32,000 bases of DNA from Edaphobacter aggregans. GTDB taxonomy: Bacteria > Acidobacteriota > Terriglobia > Terriglobales > Acidobacteriaceae. The DNA is taken from contig NZ_RSDW01000001.1 of NCBI RefSeq assembly GCF_003945235.1, positions 810,001-842,000 of the forward strand, given 5' to 3'. The notes beneath the pieces are model-generated. The model had not been told where the DNA came from. It saw nothing but the letters and a program-made list of their open reading frames with translations, and searched no databases. Positions 1-8,421 of this stretch are shown one piece after another. Positions within the stretch are counted from its first letter, which is position 1; each line of letters opens with the position of its first letter. A program made the translations under genes and the position numbers.

Positions 1-52
1 CGAAGTAGTGAAGACCGGCGTCCCCGGTTTCATCCCAGCGAGGTAGACCAAC

Positions 53-481
53 ATGGAAACCGAACAGCGCCCAATACAGTCGATCCCAGACCAGTCCACG
101 CAAGAGGAACAAATACGCGAAGCCCTCGATCGGCACTGGCGCGCGTCGGCGGCCGGCGATGCGAACGCCGAACACGATATTTACGCCGACGATGCCATTT
201 GTGATTATCCCCAGTCAGGCGAGCGAATCCTCGGGCGAGCCAATTTGCAGGCCTTGCGGAGTCATCATCCCGGCAAGCCGTCAGGTTTCACCGTCAAGCG
301 AATTCTCGGAAAAGGCGATCTCTGGGTCACAGAATACACAATTACTTACCAAGGGCGACCAGCATACACGGTGAGCATCATGGAGTTCCGCAACGGCAAG
401 ATCGTGCACGAGACACAGTATTTCGCCGATCCCTTCGAGGCACCGGCCTGGCGGAGCCAATGGGTTCAGCAGATCGCGTGA
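53..481 (+). CDS. SnoaL/NTF2-like fold protein, function unknown
   Basis: 142-aa ORF preceded by an SD-like box (gcGAGGTagaccaacATG). Size and sequence pattern (DRHWRASAAGD, WVTEYTITY, MEFRNGKIVHETQYF) fit the SnoaL-like/NTF2 cone fold as I recall it. The nested ORF 159..374 is an alternative-frame artefact. Confidence 0.6.
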   Translation: METEQRPIQSIPDQSTQEEQIREALDRHWRASAAGDANAEHDIYADDAICDYPQSGERILGRANLQALRSHHPGKPSGFTVKRILGKGDLWVTEYTITYQGRPAYTVSIMEFRNGKIVHETQYFADPFEAPAWRSQWVQQIA

Positions 482-530
482 CCGAACCCAACCCGCGCCA
501 GGACATCCCGATTATGGTCTTCACGCTTCG

Positions 531-1142
531 TCAGTGGGAATCGCCGGGAAGCAGGTTATGGGGCAAGTCTGTCAGAGTGGCTTTGCCATCCTTGCCATAG
601 TCGATCCGCCAGATGCGGTCGAACTGCTCGTCGGGCCACTTGGCGTAGGGAGGCTGGGCTCCCAGCGCGGTCACGAGCGAAGGCAAAACGCCATGGTGCC
701 AGGCGATGAGCACCACCTTGCCGGCGTACTTTCCGCTAAGCAGAGAGCGGGCAAGCGCAGCATAGTCCTCACTCATATAGGTGCTGTCGATTGGGAGATG
801 AAGCGCCGCAGCCAGCGGAGTGATCGTCTGAACTGGCCGGTTGGAATGCGCGCTCTGATGGGCAGCGATAAGGACCTGCGGCGTGGGCAGATCAGGGCGG
901 ACGCCGGCAGGCACAAAGAGGCTCGTGAGCAGGTCGGCTCGCTTGAATCCAGTGGGTGAGAGGTCAATTCGGCCATCAGTCAGTTTTTCCGCGTGACGGA
1001 TGACGAGAATCGTAGCCGGAGGCTGCCCGGTGATCGGTACGGGCTGAACAGGCTTGTGCGGCTCCTGCGCCGCTGAAGCCGTCAGAGCGACAAGGAACAG
1101 AACAACAGGCCGGAGTGCTTTTGCGATAACTCGTTTATGCAT
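531..1142 (-). CDS. exported histidine phosphatase superfamily protein
   Basis: 203-aa ORF with an N-terminal signal-like segment (MHKRVIAKALRPVVLFLVALTASAAQE). It has an RHxxx catalytic-type motif (VIRHAEK) soon after the predicted mature N-terminus and a later WHHG histidine box. Overlapping ORFs 534..959 and 773..976 were judged to be shadows. Confidence 0.65.
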   Translation of the reverse strand: MHKRVIAKALRPVVLFLVALTASAAQEPHKPVQPVPITGQPPATILVIRHAEKLTDGRIDLSPTGFKRADLLTSLFVPAGVRPDLPTPQVLIAAHQSAHSNRPVQTITPLAAALHLPIDSTYMSEDYAALARSLLSGKYAGKVVLIAWHHGVLPSLVTALGAQPPYAKWPDEQFDRIWRIDYGKDGKATLTDLPHNLLPGDSH

Positions 1143-1261
1143 AAGGGATAAGCATCGCCGATGCGCCCTGGAAGTTTTGTGAATGGTGGAAGAATTCTAA
1201 TTGCGCTGTAACGAACACGCACACGTATTTACCGCCGCAAGGTTCGAGCGTACATTTCTCT

Positions 1262-1302
1262 ACGACCAATTAAGTCCGAATGATTGACGACCAATTTAGT
1301 CC
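1262..1302 (+). promoter_or_regulatory. tandem direct repeat ACGACCAATTWAGTCC x2, a candidate operator upstream of the iron operon
   Basis: acgaccaattaagtcc (1262-1277) and acgaccaatttagtcc (1287-1302) match at 15 of 16 positions and start 25 bp apart. The second copy overlaps the putative -35 and spacer of the promoter below. Confidence 0.4.
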
Positions 1303-1312
1303 TCAATAGACT
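1284..1312 (+). promoter_or_regulatory. putative sigma70-type promoter (TTGACG-17-TAGACT) for the FTR1 operon
   Basis: TTGACG lies at 1284-1289, followed by a 17-nt spacer and TAGACT at 1307-1312. This is about 100 nt upstream of the ATG at 1411, in the divergent intergenic region. Confidence 0.35.
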
Positions 1313-1410
1313 AGATGGTGGTACGAGAGTGACTTCAGCCCACGTTGAGACGGGGGATCGAGGCTTGGGCAGACGGTTGACCGCCCTCCCTCAGGGAAGA
1401 GAAAGACCTT

Positions 1411-2688
1411 ATGTTGCAGGCATTTATCATCACGCTCCGCGAAGGTGTCGAAGCATCGCTGATCGTCGGAATCGTGTTCGCCTACCTGACCAAGATCGGG
1501 CGGGTGGAGCTGAAGAAGACCGTCTTCTGGGCGCTGGGTGCGGCGCTGGCAGCGAGCGTGGCGGTGGCCGTGGTGCTCGCTCGGCTGCAATTCAATCCGG
1601 ACATATTCGAAGGCTGGGTGATGCTTGCGGCAGCGGCGTTCGTCATCAGCATGATCTGGTTCATGCACAAGACAGCCCGCACCATGCGCGGCTCCATCGA
1701 AGAGAAGGTCGCAAAATACACAGGGGGCGAGCGCGGCGTCTCGAAATTTGGCCTGTTCTTCTTCGTCTTTCTGCTCGTTCTGCGCGAGGGCGTCGAGACC
1801 GTTCTCATCCTCTCCGCCGTAACCCTTAACTCCACCGAACTCCTCAGCTTCACCGGAACCCTCCTCGGTGTCGCCGTATCAGTCGTCTTTGGCGTGCTCT
1901 TCATCCGCGGAAGCGTAAAGATCAACATACAGCGCTTCTTCCGCGTAACGACCGTCATCCTGTACTTCGTGGCCTTCCAGTTGTTGGTCAGCGGACTGCA
2001 TGAGCTAAGCGAGAACGGCGTCCTCCCCTCCAGCACCACCGAGATGCGCCTCATCGGCCCCATCGTCCGTAACGACCTCTTCTTCTTCGTCACCATGCTA
2101 GCCCTCGCCGGTCTCATGATGCTCCTTGAGTACAAGCGCCGCGCCCCCGTATCCCTCGGCCCCAACGCCACCGCCGCCGACAAGCGCCGAGCCGAGTGGT
2201 CCCAGCGCCGCGAAAAGATGTGGATGACCGCCGTCGTCGCCACCAGCTTCGTCTTCATCTTCCTCTCCACCGCTGAGTTCATCTACGCCAAAAGCTCCAC
2301 CGCTCTCTCCCCCACCGCTGCCGTAACCCTCGTCGGCAGCCAGGTCACCCTCCCCACCGCCGACATCAACGACAACCAGCTTCACCGATTCGGCGTTCAC
2401 GTAGACGACGGCAAGGGCGGCAACGTCGAAGTCCGCTTCCTCCTCTTCCGCAAACCCGACGGAAACATCGTCACCGTAGGCGACGCCTGCCGCATCTGCG
2501 GCCCCGTAGGCTTCTACATCGGCAGCCAGGGAATCACCTGCAAGATGTGCGCCTCCCCGCTCAACGCAGCGTCCATGGGCCAGGAGGGCGGCTGCAACCC
2601 AATCCCGCTGAAGTCGACGGTAAGCGGTGGCCAGGTAGTCATTCAGGCGGCAGACCTCAAGACACTCGTCTCAGTCTTCGAGCGATAA
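1411..2688 (+). CDS. FTR1/EfeU-type iron permease fused to a DUF2318-like cysteine-rich membrane domain
   Basis: 425-aa ORF. Two RExxE motifs (REGVE at aa 10-14 and aa 125-129) sit in a polytopic N-terminal half, which is the FTR1 hallmark. After an additional TM segment, the C-terminal ~150 aa carry CRIC-x13-CKMC-x14-C within ...GGCNPIPLK, the DUF2318 pattern as I recall it. Confidence 0.85.
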   Translation: MLQAFIITLREGVEASLIVGIVFAYLTKIGRVELKKTVFWALGAALAASVAVAVVLARLQFNPDIFEGWVMLAAAAFVISMIWFMHKTARTMRGSIEEKVAKYTGGERGVSKFGLFFFVFLLVLREGVETVLILSAVTLNSTELLSFTGTLLGVAVSVVFGVLFIRGSVKINIQRFFRVTTVILYFVAFQLLVSGLHELSENGVLPSSTTEMRLIGPIVRNDLFFFVTMLALAGLMMLLEYKRRAPVSLGPNATAADKRRAEWSQRREKMWMTAVVATSFVFIFLSTAEFIYAKSSTALSPTAAVTLVGSQVTLPTADINDNQLHRFGVHVDDGKGGNVEVRFLLFRKPDGNIVTVGDACRICGPVGFYIGSQGITCKMCASPLNAASMGQEGGCNPIPLKSTVSGGQVVIQAADLKTLVSVFER

Positions 2689-2701
2689 GGCAGGCACCTC
2701 G

Positions 2702-3979
2702 ATGTTCTTTCGATTGCTGATGGAGAGCTTCAGACGGCAGCGCCGCCGCAAGGCGCTGGCCGGCCTCGCAATCCTGCTAGGCACAACTGCCGTCACAGCA
2801 ATGCTGGCCCTAGCTCTCACCATCGGCGACCGAATCCACAATGAACTAGCCGTCTACGGCGCAAACATCATAGTCTTCCCTACCGCCGAACAACTCGATG
2901 TAAAAATCGGTGGCGTGGATGTAAAACCCGCTTCAGGCTCCTTTCTCAAGGAGACCGACCTCTCCAAACTAAAGACCATCTTCTGGGCCAACAACATCAC
3001 TGGCCTCTCCCCTGAACTTCCTCTCACGATTAACACCTCCACCGCTGGCGGCTCGCCCATCGCAATATCTGCGCTCGGACTCTGGTTTAACCATCCCTTT
3101 ACAGACACGCTCAAGACTGGCGCACCCTCCCTGCATCCGTGGTGGAAGATCAACGGCGCATGGCCCACCTCAAACGATCAGGCAGTAATCGGCAGCGCTC
3201 TGGCAACAAAACTCAACCTGCACACCGGCGACACGCTCGCTCTACCTGAACTTGCGTCACATCTCACGATCACGGGAGTCGTCTCCACCGGCGACGCCAC
3301 AGAAAATCAGTTGCTCCTCCCCCTAAGCGCCGCGCAAACCTTCGCCAATCTTCCTAACTCCATCTCTCGCGTCGAAGTAAGCGCCCGCACCAAGCCCGAA
3401 GACGCCTTCGCCCGCAAAGACCCCGACACCCTCTCTCCCAAACTCCGCGAAGTCTGGTACTGCCGACCCTACGCCAACTCCATCGCCTACCAGATCCGCG
3501 AAGCCATCCCCGGCTCCCAAGCCGAGCAAGTCCGCCGCGTCGAGCAGTCCGAAGGCACCGTCCTCGCCCGCATCAGTGGCCTCATGTGGCTCATCTGCGC
3601 AGCCGCTCTCCTCGCCGCAGGATTCGCCGTAAGCGCCGCCATGGCCACCGCAATTCTCGAACGCCAGGGCGAGATCGGCCTCATGCGCTCCCTCGGCGCA
3701 AGCAAAGGCGCAATCGCCATGCTCTTCTACGCCGAAACCGGCCTCCTCGCTATCATCGGCGGCACTCTCGGCTATCTTCTAGGCTCCGGACTAGCCGCAT
3801 GGCTAGGCGCACGAATCTTCGCCAACGAAGCCGCAGTCACCCTCGGCACCATCCTGAACCCAGTCCTCCTCCCGGTAGTCATAGCCCTCGCACTAGTAGT
3901 AGCCATCGCCGGAAGCACCCCCTCCATCCGTACCACCCTAAAGATGAACCCCTCCGAAATCCTGCGAGCCGACGCGTGA
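2702..3979 (+). CDS. ABC transporter permease, FtsX/MacB-type (large periplasmic domain)
   Basis: 425-aa ORF with an N-terminal basic stretch plus TM1 (RRQRRRKALAGLAILLG), a ~230-aa extracytoplasmic domain and a C-terminal FtsX-like 3-TM bundle (...LMRSLGASKGAIAMLFYAETGLLAIIGG...). It starts 13 nt after the FTR1 stop. Confidence 0.85.
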   Translation: MFFRLLMESFRRQRRRKALAGLAILLGTTAVTAMLALALTIGDRIHNELAVYGANIIVFPTAEQLDVKIGGVDVKPASGSFLKETDLSKLKTIFWANNITGLSPELPLTINTSTAGGSPIAISALGLWFNHPFTDTLKTGAPSLHPWWKINGAWPTSNDQAVIGSALATKLNLHTGDTLALPELASHLTITGVVSTGDATENQLLLPLSAAQTFANLPNSISRVEVSARTKPEDAFARKDPDTLSPKLREVWYCRPYANSIAYQIREAIPGSQAEQVRRVEQSEGTVLARISGLMWLICAAALLAAGFAVSAAMATAILERQGEIGLMRSLGASKGAIAMLFYAETGLLAIIGGTLGYLLGSGLAAWLGARIFANEAAVTLGTILNPVLLPVVIALALVVAIAGSTPSIRTTLKMNPSEILRADA

Positions 3980-4014
3980 AGACAACCGTGAAGACCCATC
4001 TCACCTTCACCACG

Positions 4015-5097
4015 ATGCTGCGCCGCTCGCTCATCCACCGTCGCGGCCGAAGCTTCTCTGCGCTCGTAGCGATGACTGTCTCTGCAGCCGTAGCCACCGC
4101 CCTCCTGACCCTCTACGCCGACCTCGACGCCAAGCTCCACAAAGAGTTCCGCAGCTTCGGCGCGAACATCGTCGTCACAGCGCCCACCGGAAGCAAGGGC
4201 CTCCCCGAAGACGCTCTAGCCCGCATCAAAACTGCCGCAGGTCCTGACGCCATCGCCGCCGAGTTCGCCTACGCCGTAGCCACAACCGACCGAGGCACAT
4301 CAGTCGTCGTAGCAGGCACCGACTTCGACGCCCTCCGCCGCCTCAACGCATCATGGCAAGTCGACGCATGGCCCACCGCAGCCGACACCAACGCAGCCCT
4401 CCTGGGCCAACGCGCCGCAAACTTCATAGCCGACGAGCGCGCCGTCAAGCTGACCTTCGCAGGCAAAGACATAACCCTCCGCGGAACGGGTCGCCTCAAA
4501 ACGGGCGGCGACGAAGACAGCCGCATCTACATCCCAACGTCCGCCTTTCACGCCTGGACCGACGTCGCCCCCACCGTAATCGAACTCCAAATCCCAGGCG
4601 GCGCAGTCAACGTCGAATCCGCCCTGACCCGCCTGCAGCACGAACTCCCTGACGCAAAGGTCGAGCCCGTCCGCCAGCTCGTCGAAGGCGAATCCCGCAT
4701 CGTCGACAAGACCCACGCCCTCATGTACGGCGCCGTCCTCCTGATCGCCCTCACCGTAGCGGTCAGCGTCCTGGCCACGCTCTCCGCCAGCGTGCTCGAA
4801 CGTCGCCGCGACTTCGCCCTCATGAAGGCCCTGGGCGGCTCGCAAACGCAACTAATGGGAATGTTCCTACTCGAAGCATTAGTCCTGGCACTAGCAGGTG
4901 TAGCGGTAGGCTTCGTCATAGGATCGGCAGCCGCATGGATCATCAGCCAGGTCAACTTCCACACCGCATCGCAGCCTCGCATTGGAGTTCTTCCGCTGGT
5001 CCTGCTCCTGAACGTGCTGATCGCGGCGATGGCAGCCCTCTTCCCCGTCCGCGTCCTTCGCGGATTGCAACCCGCAGCGCTGTTGAAAGGGGAATGA
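4015..5097 (+). CDS. second FtsX/MacB-type ABC permease
   Basis: The ATG at 4015 gives MLRRSLIHRRGRSFSALVAMTV..., parallel to the paralog's N-terminus. An alternative GTG at 3976 overlaps the upstream stop (GTGA) and cannot be excluded. The C-terminal FtsX box is ...LMKALGGSQTQLMGMFLLEALVLALAG.... The 390-nt 5' extension of track ORF 3586..5097 (Arg/Pro-rich) overlaps the previous gene out of frame and is rejected. Confidence 0.8.
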   Translation: MLRRSLIHRRGRSFSALVAMTVSAAVATALLTLYADLDAKLHKEFRSFGANIVVTAPTGSKGLPEDALARIKTAAGPDAIAAEFAYAVATTDRGTSVVVAGTDFDALRRLNASWQVDAWPTAADTNAALLGQRAANFIADERAVKLTFAGKDITLRGTGRLKTGGDEDSRIYIPTSAFHAWTDVAPTVIELQIPGGAVNVESALTRLQHELPDAKVEPVRQLVEGESRIVDKTHALMYGAVLLIALTVAVSVLATLSASVLERRRDFALMKALGGSQTQLMGMFLLEALVLALAGVAVGFVIGSAAAWIISQVNFHTASQPRIGVLPLVLLLNVLIAAMAALFPVRVLRGLQPAALLKGE

Positions 5098-5101
5098 GAA
5101 G

Positions 5102-5845
<744 letters not shown>

Positions 5846-5888
5846 CTCAACACCATACAAACCTCTCCCCCCAAAAACCCACTACCCC

Positions 5889-5945
5889 GTCATCCTGAGC
5901 GAAGACGTGCAGCATTTCGCACGTCGCAGTCGAAGGACCCCGACA
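5889..5945. repeat. intergenic repeat of the GTCATCC..GAGCGAAG family with an internal hairpin
   Basis: Sequence gtcatcctgagcgaag...cgaaggacccc. It contains a perfect 7-bp inverted repeat, gacgtgc (5904-5910) and gcacgtc (5919-5925), around an 8-nt loop. Related cores occur at 8297 and 10597 in this window. Confidence 0.4.
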
Positions 5946-6047
5946 CCGCGAACGCCCACCCATACCCTTCCCAAACCCAAAAAACGCAACCGGTTACATT
6001 TGTGATAGAAAAAGTCGACTGTTCTCACTCCATAAATCGAGCCCCCA

Positions 6048-8276
6048 ATGTCCTATCGCACTCGCATCGCGCTGGCCGTACTGCTCTTCTTGCTGATTAC
6101 CTGCACTCCATCCATCCTCGCCGCTCCCCCCGCCATCACCTACGACAGCGCCGCCAAAACCTTCCGCCTCGACGCCGCCTCCGTCTCCTACATCTTCGGC
6201 ATCAACGATCGCAACGAGCTCCAATCCCTCTACTGGGGCAATCGCCTAGCTCCCACCGACCGCGTCGCCGCAGCCCACTCTCTTCCCGAGCAGGCCTCCT
6301 TCGACCTCTCCCAAACCACCACCCCGCAGGAGTTCGCAGGGTGGGGCTCCGAGCTCTACGACGAGCCTGCCCTCAAAATCACCTTCCCTGACGGCAACCG
6401 CGACCTCGTCCTCCACTACGCCTCCCACACCATCGAAGGCAACACCCTAACCATCGTCCTCCGCGACATCTCCCGCGACGTCTTCGTCACCCTCCGCTAC
6501 ACCATCGATCCCGACACCGGCATCCTAGGCCGCTCCGCCACCATCGAAAACCGCACCTCTACCCCCCTCACCATCGAGCAAGCCGCAGCCGCCAGTTGGA
6601 ACCTTCCTCGCGGCACCGACTACACCATGCACTACCTGAGCGGCCGCTGGGCCGGCGAGTTCCACTACAACTCCCGCCCCGTCCAGCCCGGCAAAACTGT
6701 CCTCGAAAGCCGTCGCGGCTCCACCGGCCACCAGAACAACCCCTGGTTCGCAATCAGCCAGGGCACCGTCACCGAGCAGAGCGGCGACGTCTGGTTCGGC
6801 GCCCTCGCTTGGTCCGGCTCCTGGAGCATCACCCTCGAGCAAGACCAGCTCCAACAGATCCGCGTCACCGGCGGCTTCAACCCCTTCGACTTCGCCTACC
6901 CACTCGCCCCCGGCCAAAAGCTCGAAACACCAGTCTTCTACGGCGGATACACCAACGAAGGCATGGGCGAAGCCTCCCGCATCTTCCACCGATTCCAGCT
7001 TGCCAACATCCTCCCCCGTCCCTCCGGCCAGCCACTTCCCCGCCCCCGCCCCGTCCTCTACAACTCCTGGGAAGCCACCGAATTTAACGTAGACGAACCC
7101 GGCCAGACCGCCCTCGCCGAAAAAGCCGCGAGCATCGGCGTCGAGCGCTTCGTCATGGACGACGGCTGGTTCGGCCAGCGCAAAGACGACCACGCCGGCC
7201 TCGGCGACTGGTACGTCAACCCGCAAAAATTCCCCAACGGCCTCAAGCCCCTCATTGACAAAGTCCACTCCCTCAACATGGACTTCGGCCTCTGGGTCGA
7301 GCCTGAGATGGTCAACCCCAACAGCGACCTCTACCGCAAGCATCCCGACTGGGTCATCCACTTCACCGGCCGACCCGAGACCGAGGGCCGCCAACAACTC
7401 TTACTCAACCTCGCCATGCCCGAGGTTCGCGACTACGTCTTCGGCTTCCTCGACAAGCTCCTCACCGAAAACGACATCGCCTTCCTCAAGTGGGACTACA
7501 ACCGCAACTGGGCCGAACCCGGCTGGCCCTCCGCCCCACTCGAGCAGCAGAAGTCGCTCCCCGTCGCCTACGTCCACAACCTCTACTCCATCCTCGCCGA
7601 GCTCCGCGCCAAGCACCCCAAGGTTGAGTTCGAGTCCTGCTCCGGCGGCGGTGGCCGCATCGACCTCGGCATCCTCCGCTATACCGAAGAGGTCTGGACC
7701 TCCGACAATACCGATCCCTTCGACCGCCTCTCCATCCAGGACGGCTTCACCCACGCCTACACCCCCGGCGTCATGATGGCCTGGGTCACCGACTCACCCT
7801 CCGGCGGCCCCAACCATCAGGTCTTCACCACCGCCTACCGCTTCCTCTCCTCTATGCAGGGAGGCCTCGGCATCGGCTCCAATCTCAACAAGTGGTCCCC
7901 CGACGACTTCGCCACAGCTAAGAGCATGGTCGCCGCCTACAAATCCATCCGCGACACCGTCCAGCACGGCGATCTCTACCGCCTCGTCTCCGCGCAGGCC
8001 GACAGCAACTTCGCCGCGACCGAATCCGTCTCCCGCGACCGCAAACAAGCCGTAGCCTTCGCCTTCCTCCACACCAGCCAGATGGGCTACCCCACCCCGC
8101 GCCTCTTCCTGCAGGGACTCGACCCCGCCGCCACCTACCGAACCCGCATCATCCACGGCACCCTAGCCCGCGGTACACCCGAAACAGCCAGCGGAGCCTA
8201 CTGGATGTCCCACGGCCTCGACATCAACCTCCGAGGCGACTACGACGCCGCCGGAATCATCTTCGAGCAACCCTAA
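6048..8276 (+). CDS. exported alpha-galactosidase, glycoside hydrolase family 36
   Basis: 742-aa ORF with a signal-like N-terminus (MSYRTRIALAVLLFLLITCTPSILAAPP). The GH36/melibiase catalytic core reads ...ERFVMDDGWFGQRKDDHAGLGDWYVNPQKFPNGLKPL...DFGLWVEPEMVNPNSDLYRKHPDW...LKWDYNR...CSGGGGR. Confidence 0.9.
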   Translation: MSYRTRIALAVLLFLLITCTPSILAAPPAITYDSAAKTFRLDAASVSYIFGINDRNELQSLYWGNRLAPTDRVAAAHSLPEQASFDLSQTTTPQEFAGWGSELYDEPALKITFPDGNRDLVLHYASHTIEGNTLTIVLRDISRDVFVTLRYTIDPDTGILGRSATIENRTSTPLTIEQAAAASWNLPRGTDYTMHYLSGRWAGEFHYNSRPVQPGKTVLESRRGSTGHQNNPWFAISQGTVTEQSGDVWFGALAWSGSWSITLEQDQLQQIRVTGGFNPFDFAYPLAPGQKLETPVFYGGYTNEGMGEASRIFHRFQLANILPRPSGQPLPRPRPVLYNSWEATEFNVDEPGQTALAEKAASIGVERFVMDDGWFGQRKDDHAGLGDWYVNPQKFPNGLKPLIDKVHSLNMDFGLWVEPEMVNPNSDLYRKHPDWVIHFTGRPETEGRQQLLLNLAMPEVRDYVFGFLDKLLTENDIAFLKWDYNRNWAEPGWPSAPLEQQKSLPVAYVHNLYSILAELRAKHPKVEFESCSGGGGRIDLGILRYTEEVWTSDNTDPFDRLSIQDGFTHAYTPGVMMAWVTDSPSGGPNHQVFTTAYRFLSSMQGGLGIGSNLNKWSPDDFATAKSMVAAYKSIRDTVQHGDLYRLVSAQADSNFAATESVSRDRKQAVAFAFLHTSQMGYPTPRLFLQGLDPAATYRTRIIHGTLARGTPETASGAYWMSHGLDINLRGDYDAAGIIFEQP

Positions 8277-8296
8277 TTGCCTTTGCTCTTTTAGTT

Positions 8297-8378
8297 GTCA
8301 TCCCGTAGGGATCTGCTTCTGTCGTTGTCGTTGCCCTCGCTGTTGTCGTTGCTCGTCGACGTGCCTCGCTCCGTCAGG
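8297..8378. repeat. intergenic repeat (GTCATCCC core followed by GTCGTT-type short tandem units)
   Basis: gtcatcccgtagggatctgcttct is followed by gtcgttgtcgttgccctcgctgttgtcgttgctcgtcg. ORFs 8291..8518(-) and 8295..8708(+) that read through it are low-complexity artefacts. Confidence 0.4.
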
Positions 8379-8421
8379 AAAGAAGCCTTTAGCGAACCAC
8401 CAAGAACCGGAGATTTACCAA

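Noticed and set aside
1270-1295. Classical Fur box upstream of the iron operon
   Set aside because: Only a partial resemblance (gaatgattgacga) to the 19-bp GATAATGATAATCATTATC consensus is present. The clearer signal is the 16-nt direct repeat, reported separately.
1700-1800. Calling the G>C to C>G switch a replication terminus or origin
   Set aside because: It lies inside an intact CDS. I could recognise no dnaA, DnaA-box cluster or dif-like 28-mer. Other skew-neutral patches exist in the window. I kept it as an observation, not as a feature.
3586-4014. 5' extension of the 503-aa ORF (MAHLRSRSPRRRIRRKRRHGH..., extremely Arg/Pro/His-rich)
   Set aside because: It overlaps the well-supported FtsX permease 2702..3979 in another frame and has high-GC alternative-frame composition. 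The real permease N-terminus (MLRRSLIHRRGRS + TM1) begins at 4015, or at the GTG at 3976.
6525-7397. 290-aa minus-strand ORF and the other Gly/Val/Ala/Glu-rich antisense ORFs across 1300-10400, 16800-19200 and 21900-26950
   Set aside because: These are typical shadow ORFs of high-GC genes with C-ending codons. Each overlaps a + strand gene with clear family motifs.
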